The position numbers and the translations under genes are program-made. From Epithemia pelagica (taxonomy: Eukaryota; Protista; Bacillariophyta): DNA of 64,000 nt. Below the pieces are notes generated by a model. It did not search any database, had not been told where the DNA came from, and saw nothing but the letters and a program-made list of their open reading frames with translations. The stretch spans positions 2,170,001-2,234,000 of the forward strand of contig OX337240.1 of the NCBI GenBank assembly GCA_946965045.2, written 5' to 3'. This document shows positions 53,842 to 64,000 of this stretch, one piece after another; position 1 is the stretch's first letter, and every line of letters starts with the position of its first letter.

Positions 53842-55173
53842 CAAACGACCTCTTCTCTGCTTGGAAGACGACGAACAAAAGAGATCCGTCTTGCGCCATT
53901 GTGTATCGATCAGGCTGAAACGACGTTCACTTTCAATGCGTTATTTAATATCAGTGTTGGCTCTGGCACCTCCCAGTATTTGCCTTGGATTCACCGTCCA
54001 ACAAAATTTTGGCCATCCCTCCACCACTGCGCTCTACTCCACAAGCAAACCACAAGAAGAGGATGATAATGAAGTGAATTTCTTGTCACGCCGAGCATTT
54101 TCCTGGGGTGGTGCTGCTACGGCAGCCATGGGACTCGTTGCCATGACTACGAACGTCGAGAGAGTTGTGGCAGCCGAGTTTACTCCGGGAGGCACCTTGG
54201 TGGATCGAGAAGTTGGCATTACTGTAGGTAATGCCGATGCCAGTCTGTCACGAAAGGTGGACAATTCCAATGTCATTTTTTATCAAGATTACTATTTCAA
54301 GTTTGGTACGGCTGGACCCTGGTTGGAACCAGACAGTACGGAATTTCCCAAAACCATGCCCTTTACCAGAATCCAACAACGATACGATGCCCTTAAGAAA
54401 TATCAACCTCGAATCTTGAGTGGACTGGATCGTATCAAGTCTTTGAAAACTATGGATCCGAGTGAAGTGGTGGATCCGACAGCATCGGATGTGTACAGTC
54501 TACGGCCCATGGGCTTGTTGGCCAATGCCATGCTGGCTTCCGAAAACTCGGGTGCGACGAACGAATTGTTTTTGGCACGATGGTATATTAATGAAGTCTA
54601 CTTACTCGTCAATGATGTTCGGAATGCTGCGACTCCCGAACAGGCGGCCGAACGAGCCACGGCGGCACAAAAGGCTGTCAATTCCTACCTGACCATGATG
54701 AACCGTGTCATCACACCCAAGGTGGGGGACAAATTTGAATACTTGTAGTAATCATAGAATACAATCTTCTCAACTATTGCAACTGCGTCTCTTGTGTGTC
54801 ATGTCAATCTCTGTCGGGGACAAACTTGTGTGTATGCATCAATGTGTTGTCGTTTTCTGTTGGCCCAAGAGCCACGCAAAACCAAGCATGTACAGATAAG
54901 CCAAATCTGCTTCTGAGTTGTTTCCAGGGACAATGCAGATCTGTCCGCCCATACCTCTGGTTTGGATCTTTATCGTTTGGACAGTCAAAAAACATGCCAG
55001 ACCGCCTTGGTCTTGGTCAATGGAGCCAGATATTGTCCATTGTCATCCTGTTCCGTCGTGTAAAACTTCCTCGTTGGAGAGACTGGCGACTACTCATCCT
55101 CTTCATCATGAGGATGTTGTCGTTGTCGTCAAGACATCTCGAAAGGCATCGTAGGCCACCAGCAACAGGGCTC
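53842..55173 (+). repeat. Segmental duplication, copy A (partner 58572-59891)
   Basis: Colinear high similarity from CAAACGACCTCTTCTCTGC to GCAACAGGGCTC. It includes the last ~20 codons of the carrier gene. Confidence 0.92.
53936..54748 (+). CDS. Putative thylakoid-lumen protein of unknown function (270 aa)
   Basis: Signal peptide followed by CLG|F, a transit region, twin-Arg SRRAF, a hydrophobic stretch and VAA|E. Confidence 0.8.
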   Translation: MRYLISVLALAPPSICLGFTVQQNFGHPSTTALYSTSKPQEEDDNEVNFLSRRAFSWGGAATAAMGLVAMTTNVERVVAAEFTPGGTLVDREVGITVGNADASLSRKVDNSNVIFYQDYYFKFGTAGPWLEPDSTEFPKTMPFTRIQQRYDALKKYQPRILSGLDRIKSLKTMDPSEVVDPTASDVYSLRPMGLLANAMLASENSGATNELFLARWYINEVYLLVNDVRNAATPEQAAERATAAQKAVNSYLTMMNRVITPKVGDKFEYL

Positions 55174-55469
55174 GAGACATTTCTATTTGACACACACTGC
55201 TTGTAGGGCCCCATTTTGGAAGTGCGAGAAGATTTTGGTTTTCCTTTCCTATGCCAACGCCGGCTTTCTGCAGCGGTGTACCCCCTAGAGATAACCTATT
55301 ATGGTAGACATGGTTGCTTATAGTATTCTGTGAGCATGTAAGCACCACTGAATCAAAGTTCCACAGGGGCGGGTGCAGAATTATAGCCTCCTTGGATCCA
55401 TGTCTCTCGCTGTGGATTGTCATGATATACTTCCGCCAACTCAATGACGGCAATAGATGGCAATTCGTA

Positions 55470-57269
55470 TTACCCATGAACCACTTGCATTTTTTCAATA
55501 CTGGCACGTCTACACAGTTCGTCAATGTGACTCAGTATCTTGGTATTTGCATCACACTCCGAGTCGGTTTCTAAATCGGCAAGGTCAAACAAGTATAGTT
55601 CGCCTTGGAACATACCGATGTGACGCCACGATTGATCATCCTCCACATAGTACTTGTCGTGCTTAGCAAAACAATCCCGCAAACGTTCTATGATTTTAGA
55701 ACGTAAACCCAGTCGATCGTCTTTCTTTGGATGCTTGAAGTAGGGGTGGACCACACAATGCATACCATCCAAAGTTTGATGCCAAACGTAGCCCTTCAGC
55801 TCGTCACCATAAATTGTCTCGTACTCCTTTACCTCTCTTTTTACTGCTTCTTTCGCGCTCTTCTCAAACTCCTTCTTTGTTAGTTGTTGCTTGTTGTCAC
55901 CGCGGCGCTTGACATACATTTTTACAACACAGTCATACCCGTCCGAGGTGAGGGCTCGATAAGACTTGGAAGTTGACCCTGTGCCAAGGTGATCAACGAG
56001 GTAGAGCTCTCGAGGGACTGTTGAAATAAATGGAATTATTTTCTTCAACTTTTTGTTTCCCCGGTATATCGTTCGAAGTGTTCCCCACGTGTGGGAATTC
56101 CAATTCAAACATAAGACCTTTGCTTCGACCTCTTGACCCATTTGGAAACTCATGATACCACGAGGATGGCGGAAGCCGTCAAGAGAACAGAAAATAGCGC
56201 TGACAAAAGCTGCAACCAAGTCCTTCGCCGGAATGGCGGCAGAGTGTTTTAGTTGGCGAGGTGGTTCTGAGCTGAAACCCTCTTGATGAAAGTCCACGTC
56301 GGCTGTGGCTTCCTTCTCTTTCACTGGAGATTGAGTGATTGGCTGTTTGTGATTGTAGTTTTGCGTTGCACCTTCGTCTGCTGGTGCACTTGAAATGCTG
56401 CGCACAATTCGTTCAAGACGTGAGTGGGAATACTCCTCATTTTTGAGTTCGTCAAGTACCTTCAGGGAGGAAGAATTGTCGAGCCAGCAAATGTGCGTCT
56501 TGTCAAAACAAGTTACAGCTCCGAATGGATTTGGGTGTCCGGTGGCTTGTGTATGGCGCAGCTGGTCGTAAACCTGTCCAAAAACTCTTTCTGACACTCC
56601 CGTTTTCCATACCTGCTTGGTCTTCACCGAGAATACTGGAGCATTTGACATGGAGTCAAAGACAACAATATGATCAAAAATATTGGAGAAGAGCGGAGAT
56701 TCGCGTCGAACTCCGAGTTTCAATGGCTGACCGCATTTAGAGTGCTGCGCCTGTCTCCTGATCACTACGTTACAGATGAGAGTTGCATCGCGCAATGCGG
56801 AATGGACAATCTCGAGTACATCATACTCATTTTCATACACAAGCACGCCTTCGGCGCTATTAATGCAAGATCGGAGGCAACTGACGCTCTCATCCAAGCC
56901 AAGTTCCAGCCGGTTGTCTAGATCCCGAATGTCCGGTATAGGAAAATCGATGGTCTCGTAGGCGATCGCCTTCTCATTTTTTGGCCGTTGATGTGAGTTT
57001 CCAAGGCCACGGCACTCCAATTCAGGAATCTCAAGTGCATCAGTACCGGGCAACACGGTCAGCACCGACATTTTGTCAGCCCTTTCCTTTTGCATTCGGG
57101 CCTGCACCGCAGCCCTTTCCTCTTCCACCGACATTTTGTCAGCCCTTTCCTTGTGCATTCGGGCCTGTTCCTTGTGCATTCGGGCCTGTTCCTTGTACAT
57201 TCGGACCTGTTTCTTCAGTTCGGCATTCTCCCTTTCGTAATCAGATGCAGTTCGTTTTCGAGATGTCAT
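55470..57269 (-). CDS. Coiled coil + restriction-endonuclease-like fold + divergent kinase (Crinkler-like architecture), 599 aa
   Basis: N-terminal KEQARMH heptads, FDHIVVF..SVKTK, and kinase motifs LGTGSTSKSY, VVKMY, DQSWRHIG and LFDL. Confidence 0.65.
   Translation of the reverse strand: MTSRKRTASDYERENAELKKQVRMYKEQARMHKEQARMHKERADKMSVEEERAAVQARMQKERADKMSVLTVLPGTDALEIPELECRGLGNSHQRPKNEKAIAYETIDFPIPDIRDLDNRLELGLDESVSCLRSCINSAEGVLVYENEYDVLEIVHSALRDATLICNVVIRRQAQHSKCGQPLKLGVRRESPLFSNIFDHIVVFDSMSNAPVFSVKTKQVWKTGVSERVFGQVYDQLRHTQATGHPNPFGAVTCFDKTHICWLDNSSSLKVLDELKNEEYSHSRLERIVRSISSAPADEGATQNYNHKQPITQSPVKEKEATADVDFHQEGFSSEPPRQLKHSAAIPAKDLVAAFVSAIFCSLDGFRHPRGIMSFQMGQEVEAKVLCLNWNSHTWGTLRTIYRGNKKLKKIIPFISTVPRELYLVDHLGTGSTSKSYRALTSDGYDCVVKMYVKRRGDNKQQLTKKEFEKSAKEAVKREVKEYETIYGDELKGYVWHQTLDGMHCVVHPYFKHPKKDDRLGLRSKIIERLRDCFAKHDKYYVEDDQSWRHIGMFQGELYLFDLADLETDSECDANTKILSHIDELCRRASIEKMQVVHG
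57065..57210. repeat. Coding tandem repeats (21-nt x3 and a 63-nt-period pair)
   Basis: TTCGGGCCTGTTCCTTGT-type units. CCGACATTTTGTCAGCCCTTTCC occurs at 57065 and 57128. Confidence 0.85.
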
Positions 57270-57778
57270 GGCAATAGAGACAGAGAGGTGTAGAAGTAAT
57301 AGGAGGTCGGCTTATTAGCGTCGTAGGTCGTAGCGTAAGCAAGTTTTTCTAGAGTATGAGGTCGTCTTTGGTGATGACTGGTGACCCCCGAGACCACGAG
57401 AAACTGGTCTAGCCTGAAAATCTGAAAATCCATTCGCTCAGGAGTGACGGCACTCCGTTTGGAGGCTTGGTGGGGTCCAGTGTACAAAAAACCCAACCAG
57501 AATCCAATGCGACATCTTGGAGAGGTGGCGATCTTAGAATCTACAAAAAGGCTGCCTTTTGGGTTTATCTTGCCGCAAGCACAACGGCATCCTCCTCATC
57601 CGTTGCCTTTTCCTGAGCATTTTCGATCCAGGCAGCATTCCATTCGGTAGCGTGTTCGAACCACCTGAACGGTTCTTGCAGGAGTGACTGTGGTCAAAGA
57701 CGGAAGAAGGGCACCATGATGCAATCGACAGACTCGTCGAATCATCATGAGCAGGACGATCCATCCGTGTTTTCAGGA

Positions 57779-58498
57779 ATGTCCTGGAGACATTGATTGG
57801 AACAAACCATGACAGCGACACGCTCGATTCGTGGATCCAATTATGTGCAATTGGCCACTACCAATGTTCATACGGGTTACCTCGGTGTCGTACCGTGGTG
57901 ATGCGAGGATGGGTCTCGTTACCGGCCAACCACCGTCTGGTGCAGTCGACGGCTGCGTCGGAAGACGACGACACGTTGCCCCAGATCTTGCAATTCTGTA
58001 CCGATGCCCGATCCGACAAGGTGACGGAAAGCCTGACACAAACCAGCAATACGGATTCTTCTCAGTCCAGTATTGGGTCGGAAATTGTGTGGTGGTTCCC
58101 CACGGTAGGAGAACAATATCGATTGCGAGGAGAATGGGTCTTTGTGGGAACCGGCGGACGAACCAATGAACAGACCCGGGTACGATGCGACGACAACAAC
58201 AACAACAAAGACCCCCCTCTTGGCACAAGCTCGACTCGACTTGTAGACCAAATTGTCTCCTCCCGCTCGTCAGTCATTTTTTCAAACCGGAGTTCCCGGA
58301 CAAGCCTTTGTCGACGACAACAAGACGTCTTTGACTGACGATATCAATGGACCACCACCCGACAATTTTTTGCTCGTCCTGCTCGTTCCCAATCGGGTCG
58401 ATTACCTTTATTTGGGCAAGGGCGGAACTCAATATCGACAAGTGGATACCTACAGTGCGTCAACCCAAACATGGTCCCAAGAACGAGTTCATCCCTAA
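57779..58498 (+). pseudogene. Pyridoxamine 5'-phosphate oxidase-like (Alr4036-type FMN-binding) pseudogene
   Basis: Motifs RGSNYVQLAT, PRCRTVVMRG, TDARSDKV, EQYRLRG and PPPDNFLLVLL are spread over three frames. Stops are TGA 57794 and TAG 58244, with frameshifts at about 57872 and 58215. Confidence 0.85.
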
Positions 58499-58571
58499 AT
58501 TCGAGGACGAAACCTGTTTACGAAACTAAAATTTTGGCCCGTAGCACTAGAGATAGAGAGAGGACATAGTC

Positions 58572-59891
58572 CAAACGACCTCTTCTCTGCGTCGACAACG
58601 ACGAACAACAGAGATCCGTCTTGCGCCATTGTGTATCGAGCAGGCTGAAACGACATTCACTTTCAATGCGTTTTTTATATCAGTGTTGGCTCTGGCATCT
58701 GCCAGTCTTTGCCTTGGATTCACCGTCCAACAAAATTTTGGCCATCCCGCAACTCCACTTTACTCTAAAAGCAAACCACCACAAGAGGATGATAATGAAG
58801 TGAATTTCTTGTCACGCCGAGCATTTTCCTGGGGTGGTTTTGCTGCAGCAGCCATGGGACTCGTTGCCATGACTTCTAACGTCGAGAGAGTTGTGGCAGC
58901 CGAGTTTACTCCGGGAGGCACCTTGGTGGATCGAGAAGTTGGCATTACTGTAGGTAATGCCGATGCCAGTCTGTCACGAAAGGTGGACAATTCCAACGTC
59001 ATTTTTCTCAAGATGACTATTTCAAGTTTGGTACGGCTGGACCCTGGTTGGAACTAGACAGTACAGGCTTTCCCAAAACCATGCCCTTTACCAGAATCCA
59101 ACAACGATACGATGCCCTCAAGAAATATCAACCTCGAATCTTGAATGGACTGGATCGTATCAAGTCTTTGAAAACTATTGATCCGAGTGAAGTGGTGGAT
59201 CCCACAGCATCGCATGTATACAGTCTACGGCCCTTGGGCTTGTTGGCCAATGCCATGCTTGCTTCCGAAAACTCGGGTGCGACGAACGAACTGTTTTTGG
59301 CACGATGGTATATTAATGAAGTCTACTTACTCGTCAATGATGTTCGGAATGCTGCGACTCCCGAACAGGCGGACGAACGAGCCACGGCGGCACAAAAGGC
59401 TGTCAATTCCTACCTTACCATGATGAACCGTGTCATCACACCCAAGGTGGGGGACAAATTTGAATACTTGTAGTATAAACGTAGAGTACAATCTTCTCGA
59501 CTATTGCAATTGCGTTGCGTCTCTTGTGTCGACATGTCATTCTATGTCGGGCACAAACTTGTGTGTATGTATCAATGTGTTGTCGTTTTCTGTTGGCTCT
59601 AGAGCCACGCATAACCAAGCATGTACAGATAAGCCAAATCTGCTTCTGAGTTGTTTCCAGGGACAATGGAGATCTGTCCGCCCATACCTCTGGTTTGGAT
59701 CTTTATCGTTTGGGCGGTCAAAAAACATGCCAGACCGCCTTGGTCTTGGTCCATGGAGCCAGATATTGTCCATTGTCATCCTGTTCCGTCGTGTAAAACT
59801 TCCTCGTTTTAGAGACTGGCGACTACTCATCCTCTTCATGTTGTTGTCAAGACATCTCGAAAGGCATCGTAGGCCACCAGCAACAGGGCTC
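58572..59891 (+). pseudogene. Duplication copy B: frameshifted lumen-protein paralog
   Basis: Relative to copy A, there are single-base losses near 58672 and 59005 plus substitutions. Confidence 0.8.
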
Positions 59892-60930
59892 CTCCCACAG
59901 ATCTCAGTAAATTCGGTCCCAATCCCAGATAAAATCCGGCCAGACCTTCGGTACGCCAAATGTAGGCGATGCATTGCCACGAGTTGCGATAGGGTACTGC
60001 TGTAGCCACACCTCCGGCGTTTGCCGTGCCCGATTGCATCATCATGCGACGTCGTACGGAATCCAAGGGATAACTCAGTGTCCCCGAAACCAAGGAAATG
60101 GTTTGAGCCGCGACAATGCGGCTGGTCCAACCGCCACCCGACGACGACGTGGAACCATTCAATTCGTTCTTGACAATGTCATAGCCTCCCAGGTACAAGA
60201 CTCGATAAAAGATACCCCCAAACAATGCAATTCCATAACCCCGGTAGAGACCCAAGGGGCCATCCGATTGAATAATTTTGGTCAAGACATCGCCCATGCC
60301 ATTGTATTCACGGGGAGTTGGTTTTGCTATGGTGGTACCTGTTGCGGCTTTTGTGGTGGTAAGCAGCGATTTGACATCGTCCTTTCCCATGTCCATAGCC
60401 AGTCGAGTTCGGGCGAATTCAAAAGGGTACATGATGGAGGTGGAGGTGGCACCGGCCATGCCGCCAGCAAGTAAACTAATGAGAAATTTGCTCGTTCGTT
60501 CCTGGGTCGAAGTGGTACCCGAAACAAGGCCTTGTTCTACCAAGAGTCGCTTGTAATAATCCATGCAGGTAAAATTGATGGACGCCGTTCCAGCGACACG
60601 AATGGCAGCAGGCAAGTTCCCTCGCCAGAAACTGAACAAGCCCTGTTCGTGATAGACTTGCATCAGAATGCGCCATACTGAGGGCTGGTGGGTGACCAAA
60701 GTGGCGTGTTTTGTCGTGGTTTGCAATTGCTTCAACAACTTTAATCGTTCCAAAGGTGCCATAACAGTCCGTGAAAAGACGCCGGCACCCGCTCCGGCCA
60801 CGGCGTCGCGCCATTGCGGTAGAACGACGGCAGGGGACGACGACGACGAGGAAGAGGAAGCCGTTGTCACCATGGTGGTTGCACGTTGTTTTTCTTGGGT
60901 CATGCTTTTCGATGCAGCAAGGGCATCCAT
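59836..60930 (-). CDS. Mitochondrial carrier (SLC25), ADP/ATP-translocase-like
   Basis: Three Px[DE]xx[KR] motifs (PLERLK, PFEFAR, PLDSVR) and the RRRMMM signature. Confidence 0.92.
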   Translation of the reverse strand: MDALAASKSMTQEKQRATTMVTTASSSSSSSSPAVVLPQWRDAVAGAGAGVFSRTVMAPLERLKLLKQLQTTTKHATLVTHQPSVWRILMQVYHEQGLFSFWRGNLPAAIRVAGTASINFTCMDYYKRLLVEQGLVSGTTSTQERTSKFLISLLAGGMAGATSTSIMYPFEFARTRLAMDMGKDDVKSLLTTTKAATGTTIAKPTPREYNGMGDVLTKIIQSDGPLGLYRGYGIALFGGIFYRVLYLGGYDIVKNELNGSTSSSGGGWTSRIVAAQTISLVSGTLSYPLDSVRRRMMMQSGTANAGGVATAVPYRNSWQCIAYIWRTEGLAGFYLGLGPNLLRSVGGALLLVAYDAFRDVLTTT

Positions 60931-61063
60931 ATTGATTGCTTATTCTGTTCCGACAGATTCAACAAGCTCAGGCGACGCGACGAGAACTGTTGTCAAAGAG
61001 TTATCTCCCATTCCCATCGTCCTCCCGAGTTTCGACAAGAATTCTCACACACAATCGGAAGTG

Positions 61064-61135
61064 TGACGTCATATCTCGGTTGACATCAGCGTACTCATGA
61101 CATGATTCAGAATTCAGAACACGTTTGTGACGTCA
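61064..61135. promoter_or_regulatory. Cluster of CRE-like bZIP sites upstream of the carrier gene
   Basis: TGACGTCA at 61064 and 61128, TGACATCA at 61081 and TGACATGA at 61098. Confidence 0.45.
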
Positions 61136-61433
61136 TCTTTTCCCCATTAGTCTCTTAAGGTTACGAGTACTCCTAGTTATTGTAGTACTCCTATTTTGTC
61201 CTACTAGAGAGACCGTAGACCATCCAAGATCGTGCCTAACTTTTTATGAAGTCCGACAACTCTATGGGATTAATTTCCATGCCATAGTCCTTTTCGTCGA
61301 TGATTATTCTAGATGCGTAATACGTAACGGTAAACCTGGAACACAAGATACCCCTTTGGAAGCCCAAGTGCAAGATGAAGGCGAGCTAGTCTGTTGAGAC
61401 TTGAATGCAATGGATTGGAGATGGACTGAAAGA

Positions 61434-63113
61434 TCAAAAAAGGGGGTAACTACCCGAATATTGTCGTCGAATATTCCATTCGGCGTAAATGGATCCATCC
61501 ACATCCAAGGTCAAGTGTTGTCCGGCAAACCACGACGCTCTGGGAATCATATCCATGCTACTGGTATGATTGCTGGTCTGGGAGGTATTGGTCCCCGTCC
61601 TGGTTTCCATGGCCCATTGACTGATGTTGTTGTCGTTGTCGTGACTTTGCTGTTTTTGGGTCCATTGATGATCCATGACCCTCAAGTACAAGTCGGAATG
61701 CTGGGGATCGACCAATCGGGTGTAATGATGAATAGCCATGACATCTGCCAATAGATTGAGACTCTTATGAGCCGTACGATACAAATGGGCTTTGGACCAG
61801 GAACCGAGAGGATTCCATGTACGAGCCATTCTTGTTCTTGTGGTTTCTTTTTCGTCTCTGTCTTGTTCTTCTTCTTCTCCTCCTCCTCGTGGATCTACGA
61901 TATTCGCAGGATCGCTCTGCTGCAAGGTTGCCACTCGTTCTCCCGTCAACATACGGACCGACAACCAGGGCACGGACAACCACGAGGCAAACCAGGAAAG
62001 ATGTGTGGACTGTTTCGTAAAGGGATTGACTCGATCCACCGACAAGAATCCCACCAAAATGTATCTAGTCCCTTGCGTAATGGGTAAGCCTTCGTGTCGA
62101 ATTGTGGCCGAATTGACCAACACATGGCCCACGGCTGGTTGTGCCACGGCAAACGGTTCCCAGTCCGACGTGGTTGTGTCGTCCTTGGAGTCGTCGCTTG
62201 GAGGATGATGACGACTCGTCCGACGACCATGGCGCTTCCAAAATCGGGTACCACCTCCTTCAAAATCGCCATTTAACAAAATGTTGAAACTCACATCACC
62301 ATTGTCGGTATGGGCATCCAAACGATCACGAATGCCCTCATCGTATCGGACCAGAAACAAATCATTGGCCCGAATACTTTGGAGAGAAATGCCATAGATG
62401 CGAGCGAGCAAGGGTGCCAAGCGACGATTGAATCGTTCAGCCATCCAGTGTCGATCGTCATGCGTAAAGGGATCGGTTACCAAATTCAAATCTGTCGTTG
62501 CGTAGGATGCATGACGGGCCTTTTGCCATCCTTGTGGTGCCTGGAGCAATTGGTGAGCTACATCCGACGACATTGTCGTGTTCTTGTCCTGGTTTTCGTT
62601 CTGTGTAGTATCATGATTGATCACTGCTATGGCTGTTTCGGTATTGCGTTGAGCAACAGCCAAGGCTCGTGCCAACAACTCTTGACATTCGGCCTCGGTA
62701 AACATGGGCGCTTCAAAGACACCTCGTGCCAACAAGGCATTGTTGGGGGAATCCACCATCAAAAGGTAGCACAGTGATACGACAGTCCCTACAAGAACCA
62801 ACAACATCAAACTAAAATAACTGGAGAGTGGAGAAGTCTTGGGAGATGGTTTTGCTTGTTTCTGGCTGGATTTGGCCGTCTTCGTTGGACTAGATTTCTT
62901 GGTCGAACCAGTGCTCCCTTGTTTTTCTTCTTCTTCATATTTGCGTGGATGACGGTCTTTGGCAAGAGCCGACAGTCCCAATCGAGGAACAATCATGCAC
63001 CAAAATACAAGTGCCGCACACAACTTGAGCGACAAGAGATATCGAGCTTCGTCATGCTGAGGCAAGGGGACTTGTAGCAAGCCTTCCCCCGCAAATTCCG
63101 TCGAGTCCACCAT
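61434..63113 (-). CDS. Membrane-anchored 2OG-Fe(II) dioxygenase (prolyl/lysyl hydroxylase-like)
   Basis: FLVRY, HxD (AHTD), SFNILLN, FEGGGTRF, distal His (RHEG) and GTRYILVGF, plus two N-terminal hydrophobic segments. Confidence 0.88.
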   Translation of the reverse strand: MVDSTEFAGEGLLQVPLPQHDEARYLLSLKLCAALVFWCMIVPRLGLSALAKDRHPRKYEEEEKQGSTGSTKKSSPTKTAKSSQKQAKPSPKTSPLSSYFSLMLLVLVGTVVSLCYLLMVDSPNNALLARGVFEAPMFTEAECQELLARALAVAQRNTETAIAVINHDTTQNENQDKNTTMSSDVAHQLLQAPQGWQKARHASYATTDLNLVTDPFTHDDRHWMAERFNRRLAPLLARIYGISLQSIRANDLFLVRYDEGIRDRLDAHTDNGDVSFNILLNGDFEGGGTRFWKRHGRRTSRHHPPSDDSKDDTTTSDWEPFAVAQPAVGHVLVNSATIRHEGLPITQGTRYILVGFLSVDRVNPFTKQSTHLSWFASWLSVPWLSVRMLTGERVATLQQSDPANIVDPRGGGEEEEQDRDEKETTRTRMARTWNPLGSWSKAHLYRTAHKSLNLLADVMAIHHYTRLVDPQHSDLYLRVMDHQWTQKQQSHDNDNNISQWAMETRTGTNTSQTSNHTSSMDMIPRASWFAGQHLTLDVDGSIYAEWNIRRQYSGSYPLF

Positions 63114-63445
63114 TCTTGCTTTTCAATACAACTGACTGAATGAACAAAAGAAACGTAACGACAAGGCAGGCAACGAGACAGGATAGAGATGAATCTTCGA
63201 AGACCACCACCTCTTGACTAGGTAGTATCGATGTATCTTCGTTGTTGCTTCGTCGATTAGATCTTTCACTTAAGATGAAGTATAGGATTACCCCCCAGCG
63301 GGGGCGAGTATTTACCGGTGAATTCCTATACTCACCCCCACGGCGCGTCCCTCGAAATCGGCGATTTTCCAACTTTGAGACAAAACCACATTCTCCACAA
63401 CACATTCATCACGGAGCCAACCTTGTCGTCCAAATAACAACCACC

Positions 63446-64000
63446 ATGGACCCTCCCAATCCCATCCGACCACATAACATCGTTCCTTCGGCTGTTACAG
63501 AACATTCGACGCGCTTGGATCCGCACCCTTTCCATCCGACGACGTCCTCCCAGCACACTGAATCTGACACGAACCGAACAGCCAACAACGAAACGGATGT
63601 ACCATCCTATGAAGCCACCATCGATGCCCTTTCCTCATTCAATGCCTTCTCGACCATCCCTTGTGATCCCTTGTCCAACGTTGGTGACCATCGGAAACTC
63701 TCCGAGTCCATAATGATGTGCTTCAGCGATTGGCATGGCAAGACTGCGCGACAATGGCAAATCGAAGCTTGCGAAGAAGTTCTTTGGCGGCACCTCCACC
63801 GCCCGTCTTCTGCCCTTTTGCGTCCTCTACTGCTTGTCCGGTCTACAGGCGGCGGAAAGTCGGCTGTAAGGGATGTCAGTGGTTTTCTCTGTGGCGGCAT
63901 TACGTTAACCATAGTCCCTCTGCTAAGCTTGTCAGCCGACCAAACGGCAAAGCTCTCCCAACTCGCAAGCGATCAACAATTAACCGGTCGGCTACATATT
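63446..64000 (+). CDS. RecQ-like SF2 helicase, 5' part (runs off the window; absent from the ORF track)
   Basis: My translation from ATG 63446 is open to the end of the window. It contains Q-motif-like RQWQIEA, motif I STGGGKS and motif Ia IVPLLSLSADQ. Confidence 0.85.
   Translation, partial: MDPPNPIRPHNIVPSAVTEHSTRLDPHPFHPTTSSQHTESDTNRTANNETDVPSYEATIDALSSFNAFSTIPCDPLSNVGDHRKLSESIMMCFSDWHGKTARQWQIEACEEVLWRHLHRPSSALLRPLLLVRSTGGGKSAVRDVSGFLCGGITLTIVPLLSLSADQTAKLSQLASDQQLTGRLHI

Noticed and set aside
55270-55290. GTGTACCCC|TAG as a transposon end next to the duplication breakpoint
   Set aside because: No matching inverted partner was found in the window.
1-64000. tRNA or rRNA genes
   Set aside because: GTTCGA-like T-loop hits examined by eye had no cloverleaf context. 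The only tRNA-like pieces are the two 13-nt primer-binding sites.

Overview
This is eukaryotic nuclear DNA, most consistent with a pennate diatom. The evidence is CoDi-type Ty1/copia elements, mostly short GT-AG introns and bipartite plastid-targeting presequences; the species cannot be determined from the sequence. Host genes include a CDPK-like kinase, a spliced SLC26/SulP transporter, three divergent GNAT-like paralogs, a signal-peptide-bearing Ufd1 (SELMA-like), a methyltransferase, a spliced globin, a Tim44-like protein, a plastid Nudix hydrolase and a TPR protein. Also present are a THAP-like/MDR oxidoreductase fusion, a Tat-type thylakoid-lumen protein with a decayed duplicate, a nuclease-fold/kinase protein, an ADP/ATP-carrier-like SLC25, a 2OG-Fe(II) oxygenase and a RecQ helicase that runs off the right edge. 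Mobile DNA is dense. There is one intact 8.4-kb Copia with an extra ORF, nested in a long-TIR DNA element; one young Copia lacking protease and integrase; one decayed Copia; and several TA-flanked TIR elements. The top leads are the THAP-MDR fusion, anticodon-arm (half-tRNA) primer sites for non-Met tRNAs in both Copia elements, the extra Copia ORF, the GNAT trio and the RecQ ORF with a structured upstream end. No database searches or alignments were run; identities were judged by eye.
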